Counted from the stretch's first letter, positions 19,398 to 39,306 are shown. The stretch: DNA of 64,000 nucleotides from the human T2T-CHM13v2.0 reference genome, Homo sapiens (GCF_009914755.1 NC_060941.1); one strand, 5' to 3'. Notes: generated from the sequence alone by a model not told the origin. Program-made: numbers and translations.

Positions 19398-22300
19398 GAC
19401 AAATGTCTTTTTAATCACATTCTTTTCTTGTTATTGAGTTGTTTGAATTACTTATATATTTTGGATATTAAGCCTTGATCAGATGTATGGTTCACAGCAT
19501 TTCATCCAACAGGTTCATCCATGTTGTCACAAATGACAGAATTTCCCTTTTTAAAGGCTGAATAGTATCCCATTGGGTATATATACTATATTTTCTTTAT
19601 TACTTCATTTGTTGATGGATGCTTAGGTTGAATCCCTTTCTTGGCTATTGTGAATCATGCTACAATGTGCATGGAATGCAGATATCTCCTTGACATACTG
19701 ATTTCGTTTCCTTTCAATACTCAGTAGTGGGATTGTTGGGTCACATGGTAGTTCTACTTTTAATTTTTTGAGGAATCACTATACTGCTTTCCATAATGGC
19801 TGTATTAATTTAAATTTACACAAACAGTGTACAAGGATTTTCTTTCTCCACTTTCTTACTAACACTTGTTATTTCTTGTCATTTTCATAATAGCCATTCT
19901 AGCAGGTGTGAGGTGATATCTCATTGTGTTTTTCATTTGCATTTCATTCATGATTAGTAGTGTTGAGCATTTTTTCCCATATACCTGTTGGCCATTGGTA
20001 TGTCTTCTTTTAAGAAATATCTTTTAAAATGGGTTATTTGTTTTTGTTATTTTTGTTGAGTTGCTTGAGTTTCTTATATATTTTGGGTATTAGTCCTGTG
20101 TCACAAGTGTGCTTCACAATATTTTCTCCCAATCTGTGAGTTATCTCTTCATTCTGTTAATTATTTCATTTGCTATGTAGAAGCTTTTTAGTTTAATGTA
20201 ATCTCATTTATGTATTTTTTCTTTTGTTGCCTGTGTATATGGGGTCATATAAAAAAATCTTTGCCCAGACTAATGTCAAGAAGTTTTTCCCCTATGTTTT
20301 CTTCTAGTAGTTTTACAGTTTCACGTATTATGCTTACCTGTTTAATATATTTTGAGTGGATTCTTGTATATAGGGTGAGATAAAGGTCCAATTTCATTTT
20401 TCTGAAATATAGTTTCCCCAACACCATTTACTAAAAATACTGTTCTTTCCCCATTTTGTGTTCTTGGCACCTTTGTTTGAAAATCATTTGGCTGTAAATG
20501 CATAGATTTATTTTTGGGCTCTTTATTCTGTGTCATTGGTCTATATGTCACTTTTTGTGCCAGTGTTGTGATGTTTTGATTACTATAGATTTGTAGTAGA
20601 TTTTGAGATCAGATAGTGTGATGCTTCAACTGTTCTTTTTGCTCAAGATTGCTTTGTCTATTCAGGATCTTTTGTGGTTCTATACGAATTTTAGAATTCA
20701 TGTTTTTTTCTCTTTTTGTGAAAATGTCATTGGAATTTTGATTGGAATCACACTGAATCTGTATATCACTTTGGGTAATATAAACATTTTAACAATATTA
20801 ATTCTTCCAATCCATGAACATGGCATATGTTTCCATTTATTTTTGTCTTCATCAACTTATTTCATCAATGTTTTATAGTTTCACTTATTTCTCTTCTGAT
20901 CCTTGGTATTTTCTCCTTCTACCAACTTTGGGCTTAGGTTGTTCTTCTTTTTTTCTAGTTCCTTCATGTGTAATGGTAGGTTATTTCTTTTTTTAAATGT
21001 AGGCATTTATTGTTATAAACTTCTCTCTTAAAACTGCTTCTGCTACATCCCATAAATTTTGTCATATGTTTCCATCTTCATTTGTCTCTAGATATTTTTT
21101 GATTTCCCTTTCGATTTCTTCTTTGCCCCATTGGTTGTTCAGGAACATATTGTTTAATTTTCACATATTTGTGAACTTTCCAAATTTCCTCCTGTTATTG
21201 ATTTCTAATTTCATACTATTGTGGATAAAAAATACTTGATATAATTTTAATCTGAAGTTTGTTAAGACTTGTTTGTGACCTAACATATAATCTATCATGG
21301 AGACTGTTCTGTGTGTGCTTGAGAAGAATGTGTATTCTGCTCTTGTTTGATATAATGTTCTATATACATCTGTTAGGTCCACTTGGTCTAAAGTGTAGTT
21401 TAAGTCTAATCTTTCCTTACTAATTTTCTGTCTGGATGATTGATCCATTGTTGAAACTGTTGTACTGAAGTCCCCTACTATTGTTGCATTGTTGTCTATT
21501 GCTCCCTTCATACCTGTTAATGTTTGCTTTATATATTTAGGTGCTCTGATGTTGGGTGCATATATATTTACAATTGTTATATCCTCTTGATGAATTGTCT
21601 TCTTTATCATTACATAATGACTTTCTTTCTTTTTATAGTTTTTGACTTAAAGTCTACTTTTCTCTGATATAAATATAGCTACCTTTGCTCTTTTTTGTTT
21701 CTATTTGCATGGAATATCTTTTTCCATCCCTTCACTTTTAGTCTATGTGTGTCCTTAAAGCTGAAGTGAGTCTCTTGTAGACAGCATACAGATTTTGTGT
21801 ATGTGTGTGTGTGTGTTTGCCTTTTTAGTACCCTTAGCTATTCTGTGTCATTTGATTGGAGAATGTAATCCATTTATATTCAAGGTAATTATTGATAGGT
21901 AAGGACTTACTACTGCCATTTTGTTGTTTTCCAGTTGTTTCGTAGATCCTTTGTTTCTTTTTTCCTTTCTTGCTGTCTGCCTTTGTGATTTGACAACTTT
22001 CTCTAGTGGCATGCTTTGATTCCTTTCTCTTTCTCTTTTGTGTATCTACTATAGAATTTTGCTTTGTGGTTATCATGAGACTTACACTGAACATGTTAGA
22101 ACAGGTTATTTTAGGCTGATAACTTCAACTGCATTCAAAAACTTTACAGTTTTACTACCCCTCCATCTATTTTTTTGATGTCACAATTTATATCTCTTTA
22201 TATTGTGTATTCCTTAACAAATTATTGTACCTATAATTAGTTTTAATAGTTTGGTCTTTTAACCTTTATACCAGATATAAGTGATGTGTACACCACCATT

Positions 22301-22677
22301 ACAGTAGTATATTCTGAATTTGTATATTTACCTTTAACAGTGAGTTTTTTTAACTTTCATATGTTTTCATGTTGTTAATTAGAGTTCCTTTGTTTCAACT
22401 AATTGACCTATCTTTATCATTTCTTGTAAGGGAGGCAATGAACTCCCTCAGCTTTTGTTTGGGGATATCTCCTTAATTTATGAAGCCCAGACTTTTCTGG
22501 GTATGATATTCTTGGTTGGCAGGTTTTTTTCTTTCAGCACTTTGAATATATTATCCTACTGTCCTGACTTGCAAGGTTTCTGTTGAGAAGTCTGTTGATA
22601 GCCTCATGGGGGTTCCCTTGTATGTAATCAGTCTCTTATCTTTTGCTGCTTTCAAGATTCTCTCTGTCTTTTGGCAA

Positions 22678-22813
22678 TTTTTAAAAAATTTTACTTTAAG
22701 TTCTGGGATACATGTGCAGAATGTGCAGGTTTGTTACATAGGTATATATGTGCCATGGTGGTTTGCTGCACCTATCAACCTGCCATCTAGGTTTTAAGCC
22801 CCACATGCATTAA
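22678..22813 (-). mobile_element. Short L1PA 3' end nested in older L1
   Basis: ttttactttaagttctgggatacatgtgcagaatgtgcaggtttgttacatagg. Confidence 0.8.
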
Positions 22814-23475
22814 TGTGCCTCAGAGTGTTTGTCTTTGGGTTGATCTTGCTTGGGATCCTTTGAATTTCGTGAATCTGTATGTCCATATCCCTCTCAAGAT
22901 TTGGGATGTATTTCTTTACATAAGCTTTCTTTCCTTTTCTCTCTTTCCTCCTTCTGAAACCCTCATAATGTATATATTTGTATGCTTGGTGGGATAGACT
23001 AGATCCTGTATGCCTTCTTTACTCTTTTTTATTATTTAAACATTTTTGTTCCTCTAATTCAGTAATTTAAAATGCCCTTTCTTTGAGTTTGCTAATTCTT
23101 TCTTCTGCATGATAGAGTCTGCTGTTGAAGCTTTCTATTGAATTTTTCAGTTTTGTCATTGTATTCTTCAGGTCTAGGATTTCTGGTTTTATTTTTATGG
23201 TTTCTATTTTAAAAATTAAGCTTCTCATCTTGTTTATGCATTGTTTTCCTAATTTCATTTAGTTATTTATCTATGTCTTTTTGCATCTTATTGAGCTTCT
23301 TTAAGATGATTATTTTGAATTTTCTTTCAGGCAATTTGTAGATCTCCCTTTCTTTGGGGTCAGTTACTGGAGCCTTATTAGTTTCCTTTGGTGGTGTCAT
23401 GCTTGCCTTATTCTTCATTATTCATGTAGTCTTGCATTGGTATCTGTGCATTTGAAGGCACAAATACCTCCTTCA

Positions 23476-23769
23476 TTTTTTTTTTTTGAGACAGGATCTT
23501 ACTCTGTCACCCAGGCTGGAGTGCAGTGGCGTGATCTCAGCTCACTGCAATCTCTGGCTCCCAGGCTCAAGTGATCCTTCCACCTCAGCCTCCTGAGTAA
23601 CTGGAATGACAGGCATATGCCACCATACTCAGCTAATTTTTATATGTTTTGTGGAGATGGGGTTTTGCCATATTGCCCAGGCTGGTCTTGAACTCCTGAG
23701 CTCAAGCCATCCACCCGCCTCAGCCTCCCAAAGTGCTGGGATTACAGGTGAAAGCCACCACACCTGGCC
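23476..23769 (-). mobile_element. Alu (AluJ-like) inserted in L1
   Basis: Full antisense Alu. Confidence 0.9.
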
Positions 23770-25239
23770 CTCTTTAAATCTTTATAGACTGCTTTTGGCA
23801 GTTTAAGGCCTTCTTCTATTAGGTTCCTGTGGTGATGGGATTGTGGTCAAATGAGGTTGGAGCTGGATCACATGGCTATTGCTGAGTCCACAGTGGGGTC
23901 TATAGTTGATAGGTCTGTTACCAGGGGCTGTAGTAGCTGTGGATTCTGTGTAGTCTCTGGGTTGACTGGACTGTCTGTAGAACCTTGGTCCATAGAGCTG
24001 GCACTGGGATGAGAGTCCATTTCAAGATCTGTAGATGATGGGCCATTACCAGGTGTGTGAGTGGGTGTGGCTTCTTCTGTGTCTCTGGAAAGTCTCCCAG
24101 TGGATCACTAAGTGAGACCCTGGGTATGTAGTGCTGCTCAAGTCCATGGCTGAGACAAGTTAGAACTGAGTTTTGGGGCTGCTTTAGAGCCTGTAACTGA
24201 GACTGAGCTCTTCAGACCTGTCTTTGGGGTCACAGAAGGGTATGTTTTCTGGTGGGTCCCCGGGCAGGCAGGCTTGCTCTCAGACCACAGTTGATAGAGG
24301 CTGGTGCTGAATTACGGGGCCATTTCAAGATCCACAGCAGGACCAAGATCAGTGGGTCAGGCTATAGGAGCACTGATGAGCATGTCTGTCTCCAGGTCTT
24401 GTGTGCGCAGCACTACTCTCAAGCCTCAGCTGAGAGGGGCTGGGACTGCTTTTCAGGGCCATTTCAGGATCTTCTGTGGGACCCAGGTCAGCTGGGCTGC
24501 CTGTGGAGCTCAGATGAGAGTGCCTCCCTCTGGATTCCTGGGCAGTTAGAACTTCTCTCTGACCACAGCTGAGAAGGGCTAGGGCCCAGATTCAGGTTTG
24601 TTTTAGGGATGCTGTAAAATTGAGATTGGCAAGCCTGCCCTGGGGACACAGAATGGTGTGTCTCCCAGCAGATCCCTGACGAGGCAGAAGTGCTTAGTCT
24701 GCAGCTGAGAGGGGCTGGGGTTGAAATTTAGAGCTATTTAGGGATCTGTTGTGGGACCAAGATTGGCAAGCCTGCCCTGAAGACTCAGATGGACATGTCT
24801 CCCTCTGGGTCCCTGTGGAAGCAGGACTAATCTCATGCTGTAGCTGACAGGGGCAGGGGATGAGTTAGAGGATATTTTTAGGATGCATAGCTGAGACAGA
24901 GGTTGGTGGGCCTGTCTTCTGATGTACTAGTGTGCATAATTCCTCTTTGACAAATGTTTTTGGTAGCAGGACCAAGAGAAAATGGGGTTGTAGCCAAGCT
25001 TGCAAGGATATGGGGCAGTTTCTAGGTCTGGGGATGGGACCATGATCAGTAAGTGCCAACTGGGTGTGGGTCTGTCCTGTAAAAATGAAACTCCTAGGTC
25101 TTGGGCTCTACCAGAGCTTTATAAACTCCTACCTGAATCCCAAGGCTCCTACAAAGGCACTTTTGCCTGTTGATGACTATTATGAAATTATTGTTCCTTT
25201 GGGGGATATGAGTGGGGGATCTCCTATTCCACCATCTTG

Positions 25240-25940
25240 CTAATGTCTTTTCTGTTTTATGAATCTTTTAAATATGTAGATCCATGGATCATTTAGAAGT
25301 ATGTCATTTAATTTCCAAGTGTTGAGAGATTTTTCTTTTGACTTTGTATTATTAATTTCTGGTTTGATTCCATTATGATCAGAGAACATATTCAGTATAA
25401 TTTCAATTCTTATAAATTTTACAAGGTTTATTATATGACCTAAGATATGGTCTATGTTCCACTGGTGCATGAGAAGAATGTGTTTTCTGCTCTTATTGAG
25501 TGCAGTGTTCTATAAATGTCAATTAAATTCTGTGGTTTGATGGTGTTCAGTTCTTCTATTCATCATCACTAATTTTCTGTCCAGTAGTTCTATCAATTGC
25601 TGAGAATTGGGCATTGAATTTTTCAGCTATAATTTTGGATTTGTCTCTTTCTCCTTTCTACTCCGTTAGTTTTTGCCTCATGTATTTGAAAGCTTAGTGG
25701 TTTAGTGTATTTAGAGTTGCTGTATCTTCTTAGGGACCTTTTTATTATTACATAATATCACTCTTTGTCTCTAGTAACATTCTTTGCTTCAAAGTTTACT
25801 TTGGTATTAATTCAGCCACTCCTGATTTTTTAAATTAATGTTTGCATGATATAGCTTTTTCTGTCCTTTTACTTTCAACCTACCTGTGTCACTATGTTTG
25901 AAGTGAATTTCTTGTAGATAGCATATTGTTGGGTTGTGTC
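25240..25940 (-). mobile_element. Second old L1 ORF2 endonuclease fragment
   Basis: IDHILGH ... FSDHNGIKPEIN ... TWKLNDILLND in ORF 25240-25470. Confidence 0.8.
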
Positions 25941-27017
25941 CTAGAGAAACTCATGCAGTCATGTACTAGGTAACATGTAAGGGATATTTATAGTAGTAGT
26001 ATTCATAATAGTTTCAAACTGGAAACCATTCCAGAATAGAATGCATAACATTGTGGCAAATATTTTAAAAGTGCTGCCAATCTGGTTGGTGTGTGATAGT
26101 ATTTCATGTGGTTTTAATTTGTTATTTTTCTGGTTACTATGGGGTTGAGCACTTTTTAGAAATTTAATGACAATTTGGAATTTCCGTCAGCATATTGAAG
26201 ATATTGTTCTATTGTCTCCTGCCTTCCATTGTTGCTGTTGAGAAGTCACTGTGTATCTCACTGTTACTCATTTGAAAGTAATCATTATTTTCCTATATGG
26301 CTGATTTTTAAGGTCTTTTGTTTGTTATTTTGTGGTTTTACTATGATTTTTCTACATGTGGATTTCTTTTTATCTTGTCTTTAGTTTCACAATTGGTAGC
26401 TCACAATTAAGGATGTCCCATAAAAGTTTTTGGGATTTGTCAAGTGTTGGTGACAGTCTTTCACTTTTTTCATTTTTTTGCTAATACTAACTTTTTGGAA
26501 ACAAAGCTGAGTACGTAAACTTTCCAGCCTTCATTTCAAGAAGTATGGTTGATTCATCAACAGCATGTATTTTGGAGTCATGGGTTATGCTTGTATTAAG
26601 TGCAAATCAGTCTTATCTAGATAGGGAAATCTATTTAAGTAGAAAGAGTGGATATAGAAAAATGGAAGTTGGCCCAATTGTTCTTGGAAAGAATAGGACC
26701 TCTGTTGGGAATAAGAAAGAGTGAATAGTACTGGTGGCACAAGAGAAAGAGGGTCAACATTGTGTTTCTAAGGTGGTGAGTTAAGCAAGTGTCTTTGGAG
26801 AGCTGATAATGTAGTTTTACTCTTTTAATTCTTGGGGTATCGAGCCTCTGAGAGACCCTACCTGTCAGAATGAGAGAGTAATGAAGCATAGTGATGGAAA
26901 CTGTAGCAGAAGTGAGGGGGCATCTGGTAACCAGGACTTAATAAATATGGAGGCAGAAAAGGGAGGTGCTGGGAGAGGAGCTGGAGATGGGTAACTAGCA
27001 GATAGGAAAAGACTACA

Positions 27018-27180
27018 CATACTGCAGGCATGCTGTAGGCTTTCTGTAGGGATGCTGTAGGTATCTGTAGGCATAATGTAGATATACTGTAGGCATAATG
27101 TAGACATCTTTCAGCATACTGTAGGCATACTGTAGGCATGCTATACACTGTAGAATGCAGTAGGCATACTGTAGGCATAC
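27018..27180. repeat. Degenerate 11-bp minisatellite (CATACTGTAGG)n
   Basis: About 14-15 imperfect units seen directly. Confidence 0.9.
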
Positions 27181-27414
27181 ATACTTGAGAGATTTGTAGT
27201 CATGCTACAAGCATGCTTGTTTTATGTTACAAGCAGGCCACTGCACTGAAAGCCATACTCCTGGCTTTCATTGTATCATTGATAGTCAAGCACATAAAAG
27301 TCTGCCTGATTGTGGTCCCTCTTGGGTGGTAATGGAAACTTAGTGTGAAAATAGTGAATTCCTATGCTTATTTTTGTTCTGTTCAATGGAACTCAAATCA
27401 CCATGGCAGAGGAG

Positions 27415-27612
27415 AGCTGGATTTGCATCTAAGCCCCGCTACACATCAGCTGTGTAGCCCTGGAGAAATTCCTTAATCTCTGAGTATCTGTTTTCCTCAT
27501 ATACAAAATAAAGATGATAAAACACCTACCTCATAAGCATTTATGAAAATTAAATTGGATAATGTATATAAAGTGAGTTAAAACACACTCAGTAAATGTA
27601 AGATATTGTCAC
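27415..27612 (+). mobile_element. MIR
   Basis: cagctgtgtagccctggagaaattccttaatctctgag ... cacctacctcata. Confidence 0.65.
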
Positions 27613-28472
27613 TATAGTTCTGCAATTGAAAGTGCTTCTAACCAGACTTAAGCTAACTCCATACCATTGAAATATGGCCTTTGTCATCATGGTTGGGACC
27701 ATTCATCACAGGAAGACCCTGACAAAAGGAATTTTCAGCTGTATCTACATCTCCAGAAAGTGTCATCAGGCTAAGGTCAACTACCTTATATGGAAGCAGG
27801 AAATAATGGTGACCAAGCCTATATTTGAGACTTGTAAAATGCAACCTCAGAGGGTTTAGCACCCTGAAATGGTGCAGTTCAGTCTTCATGGGCCATTTTG
27901 AATCCTGCATTGTCTATATGCCAGTTGATTAAAACCTTTCAATGTTGTTCTTGCCATGCAAGTTGGAAATCCAGGTGATTATAGAGGTCACTGCCTCATT
28001 CCACTCCAAATGAAAAAAACCTCTTTAGCCTAGAACTTTGCTGCTTTCCAATCCCAGCTGCACTTTCCAAAATAATTTAGTAAGGATGTCAGGCAGAATT
28101 TTGTGTGCAGGAGAATATGAGCAAGATTTAGAACCACCCCTAGGCTTTAGTTCTAAATTTGCTTAGTCATTACCATGGTAGAGGCAGAGAGATGCATGTG
28201 CTGGAAAATGGAAAAACGGCTTTCCAGGTTCAGATTTTACAACAAACATTTGCTGATCACCCAGGCTAGGCATTGTAAGGGTAAACAAATCCTAGTGATC
28301 AGTGGGTATTATCTTCTTCTTTTATGTCCATAGACACTCAAACCCAAGAAGATCAACTTATTTACGTAGTCAATCAGGGACAGATTTGGGACCAGACATT
28401 AGAGCTAGTGCTCTTTCCACCTTATTCTGTTATTAATTGAGGTAACTGTGACTATGAAATGAAACACATTAT

Positions 28473-28478
28473 TTTATT
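28473..28478 (-). terminator. KRT26 polyadenylation signal AATAAA (alternative ATTAAA at 28568-28573)
   Basis: tttatt on plus strand, about 350 nt after the stop codon. Confidence 0.6.
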
Positions 28479-28765
28479 AGCAGGTCCTTAGTATTGCCAC
28501 ATTGGGATCAACTTTAGAAATTAAAAAGAATCAGATATTAAAAAAAATAACTTGCAATAGAAGAATTTTTAATGAAATGTCAAAAAAGGCCCCCAAAATA
28601 AAAACAAAAATTAGGGACAGAGCAGGATTTTTCTACTCTGGAAAAGGATTACATGCATAGAACATGAGAAAAGGAAGAGAAGGAGAACAAATTCTAGCCC
28701 TTTTAAGAACAGAAATGAATAATTTCCTTAGGTTATTTGACCAGTAGGATTTTTGCAAAGGCAGC

Positions 28766-28808
28766 CTTTCTTTCTTTCTTTCTCTCTCTCTCTTTCTTTC
28801 TTTCTTTC
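28766..28808. repeat. (CTTT)n/(CT)n microsatellite in KRT26 3'UTR
   Basis: Pure pyrimidine tract on plus strand. Confidence 0.85.
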
Positions 28809-28826
28809 CAAATAACTTTTTCCTCA

Positions 28827-34424
<5,598 letters not shown>

Positions 34425-34508
34425 GGTGGCAGCACAGCCGGGCAACCCCTTCCCAGAAAGAGGAGCAAAGCCAGGGTTCACCTTCCACACTTGTTAGCTC
34501 CCTTGGCC

Positions 34509-34730
34509 TTTTATAGTATTCACTGGGTCATTTCAGTCTTGACTATGCCAGTCTGTAATAAAATTTACTTGCATCCTAATTGTTGTTTTTCACAATTGGG
34601 TGATTTTTAACAGCGTCCAGTCTGTAGGTGGAAAGGTGCCCCAAGGATATTTTTTATATATAAAAATGGTGCCAGGTAAAGTAAAACTAAATCATAGCCT
34701 CAAAGGCCAAAATTAAATATGACTAAATGT
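34509..34730 (-). promoter_or_regulatory. KRT26 proximal promoter
   Basis: TATAAAA 34509-34515; caattgggtgatttt 34593-34607; AP-1-like tgactaa 34720-34726. Confidence 0.78.
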
Positions 34731-34899
34731 GCATCTTTTTGGCCACTGGAATATTAATAGAATCTAGATTCTCCCCCGCCACATATAACAAAGAATTAAT
34801 AATTCCAATGAGAAATGTCTCCTACTTTTGTCCTGTTAACGCTCATAGAGTATTTCTAGTATTCCCACTTCATTGAGTGCTTCCTTTCTTCCTTTCGTT

Positions 34900-35047
34900 T
34901 CTTTTTCTTTTTTCCTTTTTTTAAAGATATGTGGTCTCGCTATGTTTCCCAGGCTGGTCTCAAACTCCTGGCCTCCAGTGATCCTCAGCCTCAGCACCCA
35001 GCTCAGCCTCCTGTGGCCAGCATTACAGGTGTGAGCCACTGCCCTGG
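34900..35047 (-). mobile_element. FLAM/Alu monomer
   Basis: ggtctcgctatgtttcccaggctggtctcaaactcctgg ... gagccactg. Confidence 0.75.
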
Positions 35048-37064
35048 GTGTCTGGGTGTGTGTTTTCCTTCTTATCAAAACCAGAAAATCTCAGCATCTA
35101 TTGATCTTTTGGTAGTGGGAGATTTTAAAAGAAATCTACCATTTCTTGAATTGAAAACTGAAGTAATAGAAATCCTGCAGTCTTGCTTATTGTTAATTTC
35201 AATATAATTCATGAATATGTGATGATGGTGGAGAATTAATTCGATTGAGATTTCTTGGTTTGGTCCAGGAGCAGGACATCAATTCAACTAACAGTCTCCA
35301 AATTGTTCACTTCCCTACCCCTAAATAGTGTTTACTGTCTTTTAGTTTAAATGTATGTATTTAAGACATTAGGAATTATTTTGAGAAGTGAGCATCATAT
35401 TGATTAGCAAGGAGTAAAATATATAAGGAGGGAGGTGTTTTCATCATTACCTAGAAAACCAGTACTTATAGTACCCTAGAGAGAAGATAAGTTGTCACAG
35501 GGAAGTACTCTTTATTCTCTTGCCTTGATGCTCTTGGGAAGTTATCCAGGCTTGGATCATTTCCCTACTGGGCAAATGAAAATAATAGCATCAAAGAGTC
35601 TCAAATGAATGTTGAGCAGTTCCAATCATGAATGACGATAAGACAGTTTGAAAGGCACAAACATTTTTAAATGTTAATTATTTAAATTATTATAATAAAG
35701 TGGACATGTCAGACAGGGTCGGGTCTCTATCACCTATAATGATACAAATTGATTGGTTAACTAATTATGGGTTTAGTTTTGAAACAGTAATTTTCTTCCG
35801 AATGATATTTTTCAATGTTGTGGATAGTGAATCCTTTGGAAAACATCCAACATTATTGTCACTAAATCGTATGGAACATTTAGTGGACTGCATGGATTTT
35901 CTAAATCAAAAATATTTAAAAATAAATAATAAATACAGAGCTATAACTGGACCATCAGCTTATGTTTAGAACAGTGCATGATAACCTAGATACAGTTCCT
36001 GTTTAGAGACTTTTTACTGATTTTGTTGTGACCTGGTCAAATTTTTAATCTTTTGCTAATTTTTCCCAGAAATAAAACAAGAAAAACAGAGAGTATTGTC
36101 AGTTTAATGATTTATAAGGCTTGAGTTTCTTAGGTGAGTTATTATGAGATTTCAAAGTATTATTAACATAATCTATTTATCTCTAGATACTTTATAAATA
36201 CAAATTATCTTTTGTGAAACAAGTTAAACACATATTATTAGGACTATTTTGGAAATGAGTTGTCTCTGAAGCTAAGTGGCCACACAGATTACAAAGCATT
36301 TCTATATCAAAGCAGGACTGGAATATATGATGCTTAACTCCTTCTTGAAATGTTGTCGCCTATTTACTCACGTGAGTAGGTCTTTTAAATTATTTTAATC
36401 ATAGATTTTCCTCTAAACTAATACTTATTTTAAAAATTTAGGTATGCTCTAGTTCTTTCTGGAAGTGGAGACAGATTTAACACATTCTCTGGACCACTTC
36501 AGTCTATACATTTCTTCCCCGGGATTGATTATTTTATCCATGGCAAGAATGGATGTACATAATAGATCATTTCTTGATAATCTACTAGATAGTAGAACAT
36601 TACATGATGTGCATACGTATTTTAGATATTCAAAATGAATCGAATTAAGCTTTATGCAGTGTTGCTGTCTCCTTATTTCAGGATAAAGTTTTTCATTACA
36701 TTATCTTATTCTAATGATCATATGCTAATTTTCCCCTGATACATTTATTGTTTAGTTTCAAGTACACTGTTGTTTAAAATTCACATTCTATATTTCTGTT
36801 AGATAACCATTTTTCTTGAACTTGAATGAGGTTTGTTTTGTCACTAGATTCCTAATTTTTGGTTTTGTTTTTTGTTTTTTTTTTTTCCTGAGAATCAGAT
36901 TCTGGTATACTAAGTCCGCCCACAAAATGGCTTCCCTGGTTTGTTTTGGGAAGAAGGAGATACTGATGTCTCTGCTAATCTCAGACCGACTGGAGTGAGC
37001 ATGCACGTAGTTTCTTTATCCCTTCTCTTGTTATAGGGAAGGTGGAGTCATAAAGTTCTCACTA

Positions 37065-37308
37065 GCATGGTATTATGTCGTGGTGAAGCACCAGACTCTG
37101 AGCTATTCTGTGTGGTTTACGTATTTCAGCACTTCATGTTATTACTGTGTGATCTTGGGCAAATTATTCAACCAGTCTCTGCCTCCGTTTCCTTATCTGT
37201 AAAACGAGGACGATAACAGTACCTACCTCATAGGGTTGTTGTGAGGAATAAATGATGCTTAGAACAGAGTCTAGCAACTAGTAAGTGCTGGTTATCAACT
37301 ATTATTGA
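37065..37308 (+). mobile_element. MIR
   Basis: ctgtgtgatcttgggcaaattattcaacc ... gtttccttatctgtaaaacgagg ... cctacctcatagggttgttgtgagg. Confidence 0.8.
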
Positions 37309-37437
37309 CTCTTTCCTGGAAGTCATATTTAAAGGTTTTAAATATTGGCCTGGTTTTAGCAGAAAGAATTTATTTCCTGAGTTATGGTGAGTTGGTGGTC
37401 AGGCGTTTCAAATACTGTGAAATCTGAGCTAAGTATT

Positions 37438-37728
<291 letters not shown>

Positions 37729-39136
37729 TTAAAGACTTTTTAGTATTACCGTTTACTCTTAGTGTTGTATATTCTACGGGTTTGGAAAATGTATAATGAC
37801 ACGTATCCGTTCTTATGATATTATCCAGAGTATTTTCACAGCCTTAAAAATCCTCTGTGTTCTGCCTGTGCATCCCTCACCTCCAATTTCTGGCAGCCAA
37901 TTATCTTTTTACTATCTCCATAGTTTCGCCTTGTACAGAATGTCATATAGTTGGGGTCATACAGTATGTAGCCTTTTCAGATTGGCTTCTTTCACTTAGT
38001 AATATACATTTAAGATTCCTCTGTGTCTTTTCATGGCTTGATAGCTCATAGCTTTTTAGCACTAAATAATATTTTGTTGTCTAGAGGTACCACAGTTATT
38101 TATCCATTCGTCAACCAAGAGGACATCTTGGTTGCTTCCAAGTTTTGGCAATTACGAATAAAGCTGTTATAAACATCTGTGCACAGGTTTTTGCGTGAAT
38201 GTAACTTTTCAACTCTTACGTGGTAGGATGTTTCCTTTTCCTAATTTTGATATGAGGGTATATGATGTGAGGACTGGTTAATTAAAAAGTTAAGTGAGAG
38301 GGTATCTGCCTTACATTCGCTTAGGTATTATTACATGCGTGTGGGAAAAAGAGGAGGAAAGACAGCTTGAAAGTGACTGTGTTTCAACTGTGCTGAGCCA
38401 ATTCTACAGAGTTCAGTAATAGGACACTGGTTCCAGAGAAAAACAGGCTGTTTCTGTTACGGGATTGGTGAGGGGGAGCCAAATCTCTCACCCACAAATA
38501 AACCTCTGGAGGGTTTTCTGCTGAGTTTAACCTCCTCCCACTCCCAGCCTTGAAATAGATTCATTAATGGTAGGTGCTGAAATTATTGCACTAAAAGTTA
38601 CCTTTGACTTGAGAGCCACATGGCTCTGCAGTCTTGGATGGCAAAAACGAAGGAGAGAACTTGTGAATTCCTACCGTTATGGTGGAGTGATCAAGATTAT
38701 GAATTAGATGCCTGCTGGAATTCTCCTCTTACCCTTGTCCTCACAGCTCTCTTTTTCCCCTTCTACCTTCAAATATCACTACTTATAGCCTTTCCTTTAT
38801 GTTTAAGTTTGTTTCTGATTCTTCAGGTTCTTATTTCTACATCTATGAGCATATTGACTTCAGGGACTGGATCTTATTAACTGTTTTATCCTCGTTATCT
38901 GGCACATAGCGTGTTCTCAGTAAGTACTTTTCGTACTGAGACAAAGGAGACAAAATTTTACAGAGAAGTCAAAAAGACTCCAACTAGTTTTCACATTAAA
39001 CTTACTTCCAACTTGTGAAGACTGTTGAATTAAACAGAAGAAATTAAAGACAAAATTCAGCTTCCATTTGGGAGGGTATATCTAAAATGCAAAGATTGGC
39101 CAGAACCAGGGAAGATGACTTGCAACAGGAAGAACT

Positions 39137-39142
39137 TTTATT
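39137..39142 (-). terminator. KRT27 polyadenylation signal AATAAA
   Basis: tttatt on plus strand, about 165 nt after the stop codon. Confidence 0.75.
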
Positions 39143-39306
39143 GAAACACCACCATAGAGAAAAAGCCAAAGAAATGGTACTATTCTAAAAATAACTTGTC
39201 TTAATTCATTGGAAGAAAAGCAGAAAAATAAGGGGACCCTTATTTAGGAAACTAGCTTCATTTTGGTATTTTAATTTGGGGGCCATTCTGTCTCAGAGGC
39301 TGGAGT

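Noticed and set aside
21161-21610. 149-aa endonuclease-like ORF
   Set aside because: Degenerate L1 ORF2 remnant with frameshifts and a lost SDH motif; not a host gene.
26858-27178. 106-aa and 80-aa ORFs with repeated YSMPTVCL-like units
   Set aside because: Translation of the 11-bp minisatellite, which has no stops in these frames.
27018-27180. CRISPR-like array
   Set aside because: Eukaryotic DNA, contiguous tandem units, no unique spacers or cas genes.
34425-34490. N-terminal extensions in ORF-track calls for KRT26 (and KRT27, 44796-44858)
   Set aside because: They start at GTG/TTG near the cap site; the ATGs in ACCATG context align across paralogues.
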